Of a stretch of DNA of 64,000 bases, positions 1 through 12,413 are shown piece after piece. The position numbers and the translations under genes were made by a program. The notes beneath the pieces are model-generated. The model saw only the letters and a program-made list of their open reading frames with translations. It was not told the origin of the DNA and did no database searches. The stretch is from Eukaryota sp. GEM-RC1 (lineage: Eukaryota), in the NCBI GenBank assembly GCA_040285855.1, contig JAUFOQ010000005.1, positions 2,418,001 through 2,482,000 of the forward strand. Direction: 5' to 3'. The first letter of the stretch is position 1. Each line of letters opens with the position of its first letter.

Positions 1-695
1 TAACTAAACTGATCACAATATCTGTACAAATTGGAGCTTGGTGTTGATGTCTAGAATCAGAAATTAATTTGAGCAATGAATCTGATCTGTAGAATAGCTG
101 AAGTCAGACTGACCATTGAATTTGAATACAATAAATATACTCAGAGATATTGATAAGATCTGAATGTAGTCAGCTCAAATGTACTCAGTTCAAGCAACAA
201 TACGGTCAGCAACATCTTGATTTAATAGTTGACAAGAACATGTTCCCTCTATTGCAAGTGTCGCTTAAACCATAACTAAGCTGATCACAATATCTGTACA
301 AATTGGAGCTTGGTGTTGACGTCTAGAATCAGAAATTAATTTGAGCAATGAATCTGATCTGTAGAATAGCTGAAGTCAGACTGACCATTGAATTTGAATA
401 CAATAAATATACTCAGAGATATTGATGAGATCTGAATGTAGTCAGCTCAAATGTACTCAGTTCAAGCAACAATACGGTCAGCAACATCTTGATTTAATAG
501 TTGACAAGAACATGTTCCCTCTATTGCAAGTGTCGCTTAAACCATAACTAAGCTGATCACAATATCTGTACAAATTGGAGCTTGGTGTTGATGTCTAGAA
601 TCAGAAATTAATTTGAGCAATGAATCTGGTCTGTAGAATAGCTGAAGTGAGACTGACTATTGAATTTGAATACAATCAAAATTACTCAGAGATAT
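1..695. repeat. 272 bp satellite, ~2.5 monomers (runs off window start)
   Basis: TAACTAA(A/G)CTGATCACAATATCTG recurs at 1, 273, 545 (period 272). Confidence 0.97.
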
Positions 696-3050
696 AAAAA
701 ACGGGGTTTATGATCAGTCAGTGAAATAGATGCATTTGCAGAAGTTAATAACTAACAGACACTAACTAAAGTATCTAAACTACGATCCTTCTGTCCATCA
801 CCGAACAACTTACCTAAAATTGAATTAAAATATCTGTGCATTGAACGAAACAACGCAAACGTTAACCTACTCAACCAAAAATTTTCATTGAAAACTTTAC
901 CATACTCAGCACACAATTTACCAAAGGAAGTTAAAAAACCTTGTGCAGCTGGTCCAATATTACCGTATATCGACATCGCAAAAGGTTGAAACACAAAAGA
1001 ATTGTACCTGTCAACATTCAATTGGTTAATTAAGTGACAGTACTTTGTATTTTTTCCTTTTCAGCCACTTCAAGAGCAGAAAAATCATCATTAAAAATTT
1101 TGGAAATTGATCTTGAACTACAAGGATCAACAATCGACAATCGTGAAAACCATGATAATTTCCTGACAAGCTAACCAAGGACCAATCAAATCACCACGAC
1201 TTCTATCAACTTTTTGCTGATCAGAAAGATTAGCAAGTAAAGGTTCAATTTTTCCATGAAAACCATTAGCCTTAAACATATCCAAACATGTATCCCGGAT
1301 ACTGTTGTGAATAATTGATCGAAAATGAATAAATTGATGACAGTTAACTAAATGATGAAAATTTGAAGCCTTTGAACGACCACAAAGACATGGAGAATGC
1401 TTCAAAAGACCTGAAGGCCATAAACCTAACCTAAGTCTCATGTTTATAAGCCATTCATGATCCTTAAGATTAAAACAAAATTTTCTTGGCAAACGAGAAA
1501 CAAATGAAGACGCAGCGCTTGAAGAAATATCATTCAAAAATGCACAAAAAGCGGGACTCTTAGTCTTAGCCAAGCTAATACGGTTTTTAAAGTCCAAGCT
1601 TTCGTGAAACAAAACAAACTTCTTCTGTAACTTGCGAACACAGAAAGGCAAAGAGAAAATGCTTCTCTGCTGAATTTCTGTTACCCCAACAGGAAATATC
1701 TCTGACCACAAATTGGAGTCAAGACTATCAATTAATTTTTGAAGACTAATTAACCATGCACAAGGTGAGTGAAGTAAAAAATCTTTCGTTTTCCATAACA
1801 CAGGATAACGATTCTGAAATTAAAACAAAAAATTCTTTAGAGACCCCAAAAGGCACCATCACGCATGTTCTTAGCTTTCGTGAAACCTATACCACCAAAA
1901 GAAGTAGAAGTGAAACCATGAGAAGGAAGTGAAGAGTCTTTGTTACCAACCAGATAACTTACAAAATTTGTGAGCAATGAATTAAAATTACGAGATAATT
2001 CGAGAGTTAGTTGAGGCGGTAAACCACGTAAAAAGTCATTAATTTTACCACCAAAACACACTTGCAGCATAACAAAAGAAACTTGTTTGCCTACATCCAG
2101 ATCAACGATTTGGTTAAGCTGCTGAAAGATACAATTATTCTTATGTGATAAAGTCTCCTTAATTTTGTCATCATTACCAATATAATTGCCCAAAAACTTG
2201 ACACATTCATCTGAATAATTGACAAACGGAATGGAAGATTCCCCAAAATTCAAATCAACTGAAGAACGTTTAATGACAAGACATTTTTGAAAATTAAATG
2301 ACAAACCAATACTTGAAGACAATTCAACAAAACGAGGAAAACTCGATTTAATGACTTCCAAAGGGCCAACCAAAGAGGTATCATCAGCATACGAGTTCAA
2401 CCTTAATCCTGGGAATTCGCTTGAGAATTTGCGAAGAATTCTTGCAACGGCAAACAGAAAAGAAAAAGGGCCCAAAGGATCACCTTGTTTCACACCACGA
2501 GTGGATGAAATTGTATGTTCGTGAAAAATTAATGAAGATGAATGACCATACATAATTTCAAAATAGGACAGTAATTCAGGAAAATGATCTAACAGTTCAA
2601 AGTAGACCTGTGACCGATAAACACGATTGAACGCATTTTTGTAATCAACGTTCAATACATAATTTTTGCATTTGAATTTAAAAAGATGTCAGTCATCAAA
2701 CTAGCACTTATTGTACCATCTACAATTCCAATGCAAAACTGAAAAGGTCTGAAATATTCCACAGCCTTCCTTTTCACCCTATCAAAACAAATAGAAGAAA
2801 ATAATCTACTCACACATTCGCCAATTGCAATTGGTCGAACACCATTACACGGTTTAGATACAGCTACTAAACGACTATTTTTCAACGCAAGAGGAAATTT
2901 GTGTGGTTGTGAACAAATCAAATTGAAAAAGTATGCGAGGTCTTCAGCAACCTCAGGAGCATGTGTAACAGCAATTTTAATATGGTCAAAGCTAAGACCC
3001 GATGGTCCAGCTGCTTTACCACTTTTAGCATTAGAAATGGCTTTCATAAT
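696..3050 (-). mobile_element. CRE-clade-like non-LTR retroelement copy 1 (RT + RLE), disrupted
   Basis: ORF pieces with RPIAIGE, DYKNAFN, GVKQGDPLGP, YADD, CLC..H..C knuckle, RGDL, K..KY; TCAGAGATAT at 686-695 and 3051-3060; nonsense codon, 1 bp deletion and 7 bp duplication. Confidence 0.93.
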
Positions 3051-4693
3051 TCAGAGATATTGACAAGATCTGAATGTAGTCAGCTCAAATGTACTCAGTT
3101 CAAGCAACAATACGGTCAGCAACATTATGATTTAATAGTTGACAAGAACATGTTCCCTCTATTGCAAGTGTCGCTTAAACCATAACTAAACTGATCACAA
3201 TATCTGTACAAATTGGAGCTTGGTGTTGATGTCTAGAATCAGAAATTAATTTGAGTAATGAATCTGATCTGTAGAATAGCTGAAGTCAGACTGACCATTG
3301 AATTTGAATACAATAAATATACTCAGAGATATTGATGAGATCTGAATGTAGTCAGCTCAAATGTACTCAGTTCAAGCAACAATACGGTCAGCAACATCTT
3401 GATTTAATAGTTGACAAGAACATGTTCCCTCTATTGCAAGTGTCGCTTAAACCATAACTAAGCTGATCACAATATCTGTACAAATTGGAGCTTGGTGTTG
3501 ATGTCTAGAATCAGAAATTAATTTGAGCAATGAATCTGATCTGTAGAATAGCTGAAGTCAGACTGACCATTGAATTTGAATACAATAAATATACTCAGAG
3601 ATATTGATAAGATCTGAATGTAGTCAGCTCAAATGTACTCAGTTCAAGCAACAATACGGTCAGCAACATCATGATTTAATAGTTGACAAGAACACGTTCC
3701 CTCTATTGCAAGTGTTGCATAAACCATAACTAAACTGATCACAATATCTGTACAAATTGGAGCTTGGTGTTGATGTCTAGAATCAGAAATTAATTTGAGC
3801 AATGAATCTGATCTGTAGAATAGCTGAAGTCAGACTGACCATTGAATTTGAATACAATAAATATACTCAGAGATATTGATAAGATCTGAATGTAGTCAGC
3901 TCAAATGTACTCAGTTCAAGCAACAATAGGGTCAGCAACATCTTGATTTAATAGTTGACAAGAACATGTTCCCTCTATTGCAAGTGTCGCTTAAACCATA
4001 ACTAAACTGATCACAATATCTGTACAAATTGGAGCTTGGTGTTGATGTCTAGAATCAGAAATTAATTTGAGCAATGAATCTGATCTGTAGAATAGCTGAA
4101 GTCAGACTGACCATTGAATTTGAATACAATAAATATACTCAGAGATATTGATAAGATCTGAATGTAGTCAGCTCCAATGTACTCAGTTCAAGCAACAATA
4201 CGGTCAGCAACATCTTGATTTAATAGTTGACAAGAACATGTTCCCTCTATTGCAAGTGTCGCTTAAACCATAACTAAGCTGATCACAATATCTGTACAAA
4301 TTGGAGCTTGGTGTTGACGTCTAGAATCAGAAATTAATTTGAGCAATGAATCTGATCTGTAGAATAGCTGAAGTCAGACTGACCATTGAATTTGAATACA
4401 ATAAATATACTCAGAGATATTGATGAGATCTGAATGTAGTCAGCTCAAATGTACTCAGTTCAAGCAACAATACGGTCAGCAACATCTTGATTTAATAGTT
4501 GACAAGAACATGTTCCCTCTATTGCAAGTGTCGCTTAAACCATAACTAAGCTGATCACAATATCTGTACAAATTGGAGCTTGGTGTTGATGTCTAGAATC
4601 AGAAATTAATTTGAGCAATGAATCTGGTCTGTAGAATAGCTGAAGTGAGACTGACTATTGAATTTGAATACAATCAAAATTACTCAGAGATAT
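3051..4693. repeat. 272 bp satellite, 6 monomers
   Basis: Marker at 3183, 3455, 3727, 3999, 4271, 4543. Confidence 0.97.
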
Positions 4694-7050
4694 AAAAAAC
4701 GGGGTTTATGATCAGTCAGTGAAATAGATGCATTTGCAGAAGTTAATAACTAACAGACACTAACTAAAGTATCTAAACTACGATCCTTCTGTCCATCACC
4801 GAACAACTTACCTAAAATTGAATTAAAATATCTGTGCATTGAACGAAACAACGCAAACGTTAACCTACTCAACCAAAAATTTTCATTGAAAACTTTACCA
4901 TACTCAGCACACAATTTACCAAAGGAAGTTAAAAAACCTTGTGCAGCTGGTCCAATATTACCGTATATCGACATCGCAAAAGGTTGAAACACAAAGAATT
5001 GTACCTGTCAACATTCAATTGGTTAATTAAGTGACAGTACTTTGTATTTTTTCCTTTTTCAGCCACTTCAAGAGCAGAAAAATCATCCTTAAAAATTTTG
5101 GAAATTGATCTTGAACTACAAGAATCAACAATCGACAATCGTGAAAACCATGATAATTTCCTGACAAGCTAACCAAGGACCAATCAAATCACCACGACTT
5201 CTATCAACTTTTTGCTGATCAGAAAGATTAGCAAGTAAAGGTTCAATTTTTCCATGAAAACCATTAGCCTTAAACATATCCAAACATGTATCCCGGATAC
5301 TGTTGTGAATAATTGATCGAAAATGAATAAATTGATGACAGTTAACTAAATGATGAAAATTTGAAGCCTTTGAACGACCACAAAGACATGGAGAATGCTT
5401 CAAAAGACCTGAAGGCCATAAACCTAACCTAAGTCTCATGTTTATAAGCCATTCATGATCCTTAAGATTAAAACAAAATTTTCTTGGCAAACGAGAAACA
5501 AATGAAGACGCAGCGCTTGAAGAAATATCATTCAAAAATGCACAAAAAGCGGGACTCTTAGTCTTAGCCAAGCTAATACGGTTTTTAAAGTCCAAGCTTT
5601 CGTGAAACAAAACAAACTTCTTCTGTAACTTGCGAACACAGAAAGGCAAAGAGAAAATGCTTCTCTGCTGAATTTCTGTTACCCCAACAGGAAATATCTC
5701 TGACCACAAATTGGAGTCAAGACTATCAATTAATTTTTGAAGACTAATTAACCATGCACAAGGTGAGTGAAGTAAAAAATCTTTCGTTTTCCATAACACA
5801 GGATAACGATTCTGAAATTAAAACAAAAAATTCTTTAGAGACCCCAAAAAGGCACCATCACGCATGTTCTTAGCTTTCGTGAAACCTATACCACCAAAAG
5901 AAGTAGAAGTGAAACCATGAGAAGGAAGTGAAGAGTCTTTGTTACCAACCAGATAACTTAAAAAATTTGTGCGCAATGAATTAAAATTACGAGATAATTC
6001 GAGAGTTAGTTGAGGCGGTAAACCACGTAAAAAGTCATTAATTTTACCACCAAAACACACTTGCAGCATAACAAAAGAAACTTGTTTGCCTACATCCAGA
6101 TCAACGATTTGGTTAAGCTGCTGAAAGATACAATTATTCTTATGTGATAAAGTCTCCTTAATTTTGTCATCATTACCAATATAATTGCCCAAAAACTTGA
6201 CACATTCATCTGAATAATTGACAAACGGAATGGAAGATTCCCCAAAATTCAAATCAACTGAAGAACGTTTAATGACAAGACATTTTTGAAAATTAAATGA
6301 CAAACCAATACTTGAAGACAATTCAACAAAACGAGGAAAACTCGATTTAATGACTTCCAAAGGGCCAACCAAAGAGGTATCATCAGCATACGAGTTCAAC
6401 CTTAATCCTGGGAATTCGCTTGAGAATTTGCGAAGAATTCTTTGCAACGGCAAACAGAAAAGAAAAAGGGCCCAAAGGATCACCTTGTTTCACACCACGA
6501 GTGGATGAAATTGTATGTTCGTGAAAAATTAATGAAGATGAATGACCATACATAATTTCAAAATAGGACAGTAATTCAGGAAAATGATCTAACAGTTCCA
6601 AGTAGACCTGTGACCGATAAACACGATTGAACGCATTTTTGTAATCAACGTTCAATACATAATTTTTGCATTTGAATTTAAAAAGATGTCAGTCATCAAA
6701 CTAGCACTTATTGTACCATCTACAATTCCAATGCAAAACTGAAAAGGTCTGAAATATTCCACAGCCTTCCTTTTCACCCTATCAAAACAAATAGAAGAAA
6801 ATAATCTACTCACACATTCGCCAATTGCAATTGGTCGAACACCATTACACGGTTTAGATACAGCTACTAAACGACTATTTTTCAACGCAAGAGGAAATTT
6901 GTGTGGTTGTGAACAAATCAAATTGAAAAAGTATGCGAGGTCTTCAGCAACCTCAGGAGCATGTGTAACAGCAATTTTAATATGGTCAAAGCTAAGACCC
7001 GATGGTCCAGCTGCTTTACCACTTTTAGCATTAGAAATGGCTTTCATAAT
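4694..7050 (-). mobile_element. Non-LTR retroelement copy 2, disrupted
   Basis: Near-identical to copy 1 with the same lesions; TCAGAGATAT at 4684-4693 and 7051-7060. Confidence 0.93.
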
Positions 7051-8693
7051 TCAGAGATATTGACAAGATCTGAATGTAGTCAGCTCAAATGTACTCAGTT
7101 CAAGCAACAATACGGTCAGCAACATTATGATTTAATAGTTGACAAGAACATGTTCCCTCTATTGCAAGTGTCGCTTAAACCATAACTAAACTGATCACAG
7201 TATCTGTACAAATTGGAGCTTGGTGTTGATGTCTAGAATCAGAAATTAATTTGAGTAATGAATCTGATCTGTAGAATAGCTGAAGTCAGACTGACCATTG
7301 AATTTGAATACAATAAATATACTCAGAGATATTGATGAGATCTGAATGTAGTCAGCTCAAATGTACTCAGTTCAAGCAACAATACGGTCAGCAACATCTT
7401 GATTTAATAGTTGACAAGAACATGTTCCCTCTATTGCAAGTGTCGCTTAAACCATAACTAAGCTGATCACAATATCTGTACAAATTGGAGCTTGGTGTTG
7501 ATGTCTAGAATCAGAAATTAATTTGAGCAATGAATCTGATCTGCAGAATAGCTGAAGTCAGACTGACCATTGAATTTGAATACAATAAATATACTCAGAG
7601 ATATTGATAAGATCTGAATGTAGTCAGCTCAAATGTACTCAGTTCAAGCAACAATACGGTCAGCAACATCTTGATTTAATAGTTGACAAGAACATGTTCC
7701 CTCTATTGCAAGTGTCGCTTAAACCATAACTAAACTGATCACAATATCTGTACAAATTGGAGCTTGGTGCTGATGTCTAGAATCAGAAATTAATTTGAGT
7801 AATGAATCTGATCTGTAGAATAGCTGAAGTCAGACTGACCATTGAATTTGAATACAATAAATATACTCAGAGATATTGATGAGATCTGAATGTAGTCAGC
7901 TCAAATGTACTCAGTTTAAGCAACAATACGGTCAGCAACATCTTGATTTAATAGTTGACAAGAACATGTTCCCTCTATTGCAAGTGTCGCTTAAACCATA
8001 ACTAAGCTGATCACAATATCTGTACAAATTGGAGCTTGGTGTTGATGTCTAGAATCAGAAATTAATTTGAGCAATGAATCTGATCTGCAGAATAGCTGAA
8101 GTCAGACTGACCATTGAATTTGAATACAATAAATATACTCAGAGATATTGATAAGATCTGAATGTAGTCAGCTCAAATGTACTCAGTTCAAGCAACAATA
8201 CGGTCAGCAACATCTTGATTTAACAGTTGACAAGAACATGTTCCCTCTATTGCAAGTGTCGCTTAAACCATAACTAAGCTGATCACAATATCTGTACAAA
8301 TTGGAGCTTGGTGTTGACGTCTAGAATCAGAAATTAATTTGAGCAATGAATCTGATCTGTAGAATAGCTGAAGTCAGACTGACCATTGAATTTGAATACA
8401 ATAAATATACTCAGAGATATTGATGAGATCTGAATGTAGTCAGCTCAAATGTACTCAGTTCAAGCAACAATACGGTCAGCAACATCTTGATTTAATAGTT
8501 GACAAGAACATGTTCCCTCTATTGCAAGTGTCGCTTAAACCATAACTAAGCTGATCACAATATCTGTACAAATTGGAGCTTGGTGTTGATGTCTAGAATC
8601 AGAAATTAATTTGAGCAATGAATCTGGTCTGTAGAATAGCTGAAGTGAGACTGACTATTGAATTTGAATACAATCAAAATTACTCAGAGATAT
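7051..8693. repeat. 272 bp satellite, 6 monomers
   Basis: Same monomer and block length (1643 bp) as 3051-4693. Confidence 0.97.
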
Positions 8694-11050
8694 AAAAAAC
8701 GGGGTTTATGATCAGTCAGTGAAATAGATGCATTTGCAGAAGTTAATAACTAACAGACACTAACTAAAGTATCTAAACTACGATCCTTCTGCCCATCACC
8801 GAACAACTTACCTAAAATTGAATTAAAATATCTGTGCATTGAACGAAACAACGCAAACGTTAACCTACTCAACCAAAAATTTTCATTGAAAACTTTACCA
8901 TACTCAGCACACAATTTACCAAAGGAAGTTAAAAAACCTTGTGCAGCTGGTCCAATATTACCGTATATCGACATCGCAAAAGGTTGAAACACAAAAGAAT
9001 TGTACCTGTCAACATTCAATTGGTTAATTAAGTGACAGTACTTTGTATTTTTTCCTTTTTCAGCCACTTCAAGAGCAGAAAAATCATCATTAAAAATTTT
9101 GGAAATTGATCTTGAACTACAAGGATCAACAATCGACAATCGTGAAAACCATGATAATTTCCTGACAAGCTAACCAAGGACCAATCAAATCACCACGACT
9201 TCTATCAACTTTTGGCTGATCAGAAAGATTAGCAAGTAAAGGTTCAATTTTTCCATGAAAACCATTAGCCTTAAACATATCCAAACATGTATCCCGGATA
9301 CTGTTGTGAATAATTGATCGAAAATGAATAAATTGATGACAGTTAACTAAATGATGAAAATTTGAAGCCTTTGAACGACCACAAAGACATGGAGAATGCT
9401 TCAAAAGACCTGAAGGCCATAAACCTAACCTAAGTCTCATGTTTATAAGCCATTCATGATCCTTAAGATTAAAACAAAATTTTCTTGGCAAACGAGAAAC
9501 AAATGAAGACGCAGCGCTTGAAGAAATATCATTCAAAAATGCACAAAAAGCGGGACTCTTAGTCTTAGCCAAGCTAATACGGTTTTTAAAGTCCAAGCTT
9601 TCGTGAAACAAAACAAACTTCTTCTGTAACTTGCGAACACAGAAAGGCAAAGAGAAAATGCTTCTCTGCTGAATTTCTGTTACCCCAACAGGAAATAACT
9701 CTGACCACAAATTGGAGTCAAGACTATCAATTAATTTTTGAAGACTAATTAACCATGCACAAGGTGAGTGAAGTAAAAAATCTTTCGTTTTCCATAACAC
9801 AGGATAACGATTCTGAAATTCAAACAAAAAATTCTTTAGAGACCCCAAAAGGCACCATCACGCATGTTCTTAGCTTTCGTGAAACCTATACCACCAAAAG
9901 AAGTAGAAGTGAAACAATGAGAAGGAAGTGAAGAGTCTTTGTTACCAACCAGATAACTTACAAAATTTGTGCGCAATGAATTAAAATTACGAGATAATTC
10001 GAGAGTTAGTTTAGGCGGTAAACCACGTAAAAAGTCATTAATTTTACCACCAAAACACACTTGCAGCATAACAAAAGAAACTTGTTTGCCTACATCCAGA
10101 TCAACGATTTGGTTAAGCTGCTGAAAGATACAATTATTCTTATGTGATAAAGTCTCCTTAATTTTGTCATCATTACCAATATAATTGCCCAAAAACTTGA
10201 CACATTCATCTGAATAATTGACAAACGGAATGGAAGACTCCCCAAAATTCAAATCAACTGAAGAACGTTTAATGACAAGACATTTTTGAAAATTAAATGA
10301 CAAACCAATACTTGAAGACAATTCAACAAAACGAGGAAAACTCGATTTAATGACTTCCAAAGGGCCAACCAAAGAGGTATCATCAGCATACGAGTTCAAC
10401 CTTAATCCTGGGAATTCGCTTGAGAATTTGCGAAGAATTCTTTGCAACGGCAAATAGAAAAGAAAAGGGCCCAAAGGATCACCTTGCTTCACACCACGAG
10501 TGGATGAAATTGTATGTTCGTGAAAAATTAATGAAGATGAATGACCATACATAATTTCAAAATAGGACAGTAATTCAGGAAAATGATCTAACAGTTCCAA
10601 GTAGACCTGTGACCGATAAACACGATTGAACGCATTTTTGTAATCAACGTTCAATACATGATTTTCTGCATTTGAATTTAAAAAGATGTCAGTCATCAAA
10701 CTAGCACTTATTGTACCATCTACAATTCCAATGCAAAACTGAAAAGGTCTGAAATATTCCACAGCCTTCCTTTTCACCCTATCAAAACAAATAGAAGAAA
10801 ATAATCTACTCACACATTCGCCAATTGCAATTGGTCGAACACCATTACACGGTTTAGATACAGCTACTAAACGACTATTTTTCAACGCAAGAGGAAATTT
10901 GTGTGGTTGTGAACAAATCAAATTGAAAAAGTATGCGAGGTCTTCAGCAACCTCAGGAGCATGTGTAACAGCAATTTTAAGATGGTCAAAGCTAAGACCC
11001 GATGGTCCAGCTGCTTTACCACTTTTAGCATTAGAAATGGCTTTCATAAT
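8694..11050 (-). mobile_element. Non-LTR retroelement copy 3
   Basis: 403 aa uninterrupted RT ORF 9836-11047; keeps the 7 bp duplication in the endonuclease region; TCAGAGATAT at 8684-8693 and 11051-11060. Confidence 0.93.
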
Positions 11051-12413
11051 TCAGAGATATTGATAAGATCTGAATGTAGTCAGCTCAAATGTACTCAGTT
11101 CAAGCAACAATACGGTCAGCAACATTATGATTTAATAGTTGACAAGAACATATTCCATCTACTGCAAGTGTCGCATAAACCATAACTAAACCGATCACAA
11201 TATCTGTACAAATTGGAGCTTGGTGCTGATGTCTAGAATCAGAAATTAATTTGAGCAATGAATCTGATCTGCAGAATAGCTGAAGTCAGACTGACCATTG
11301 AATTTGAATACAATAAATATACTCAGAGATATTGATAAGATCTGAATGTAGTCAGCTCAAATGTACTCAGTTCAAGCAACAATACGGTCAGCAACATCTT
11401 GATTTAATAGTTGACAAGAACATGTTCCCTCTATTGCAAGTGTCGCTTAAACCATAACTAAGCTGATCACAATATCTGTACAAATTGGAGCTTGGTGTTG
11501 ATGTCTAGAATCAGAAATTAATTTGAGTAATGAATCTGATCTGTAGAATAGCTGAAGTCAGACTGGCCATTGAATTTGAATACAATAAATATACTCAGAG
11601 ATATTGATAAGATCTGAATGTAGTCAGCTCAAATGTACTCAGTTCAAGCAACAACACGGTCAGCAACATCTTGATTTAATAGTTGACAAGAACATGTTCC
11701 CTCTATTGCAAGTGTCGCTTAAACCATAACTAAGCTGATCACAATATCTGTACAAATTGGAGCTTGGTGTTGATGTCTAGAATCAGAAATTAATTTGAGT
11801 AATGAATCTGATCTGTAGAATAGCTGAAGTGAGACCGCCCAATGAATTTGAATAGAGTATAAAATATATGTGTTTGAATGTGCTTGAATGGAATTGTTTT
11901 TGATTTATTGATGCCAAACTACGAGTCGTAGAGAAGTAATGTTACTGTTTGCGAAATGTTGGAAACGAATAATTAAAAGGAATTCCACGCAGTGACAAAC
12001 AGTTCATGTGTGACATTAATCAAAATTCAATCACTCCCTATACACGACAGACATCGTTTCAGGTACAGTTACAAAACAACATTAGTTGCAAGTTAAATAG
12101 TGAACTGGAAGGACATGACCAGAATATTGGGTGTTGCTTTTATTGATAAGATCTGAATGTCAGCTCAAATGTACTCAGTTCAAGCAACAATACGGTCAGC
12201 AACATCATGATTTAATAGTTGACAAGAACATGTTCCCTCTATTGCAAGTGTCGCTTAAACCATAACTAAGCTGATCACAATATCTGTACAAATTGGAGCT
12301 TGGTGTTGATGTCTAGAATCAGAAATCAATTTGAGTAATGAATCTGATCTGTAGAATAGCTGAAGTGAGACTAACCATTGAATTTGAATACAATCAAAAT
12401 TACTCAGAGATAT
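11051..12413. repeat. 272 bp satellite: 3 monomers + ~285 bp insert + 1 monomer
   Basis: Monomer sequence interrupted at ~11857-12140. Confidence 0.95.
11857..12140. repeat. ~285 bp non-monomer segment in the satellite (1 of 3)
   Basis: Near-identical to 15298-15581 and 21645-21931; no convincing similarity to the monomer. Confidence 0.9.

Noticed and set aside
2961..3185. Repeated 74 aa plus-strand ORF (also 6961, 10961, 14674, 18386, 21021)
   Set aside because: Starts at GTG antisense to the RT and runs into satellite; it recurs only because the DNA is repeated
3051..3322. Monomer as a 5S rRNA, tRNA, snRNA or spliced-leader gene
   Set aside because: No recognisable conserved motif; TTTGAGTAATG looks like a donor site but many copies read GCAATG; needs Rfam and transcript data
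3051..4693. Satellite as a CRISPR array or as LTRs
   Set aside because: Monomers are contiguous 272 bp units with no unique spacers and no cas genes; the RT is non-LTR type with no gag/integrase, and the element interrupts the monomer with a TSD
9826..9860. Programmed frameshifting between retroelement ORF pieces
   Set aside because: Break positions differ between copies and fall in homopolymers; each site is open in at least one copy
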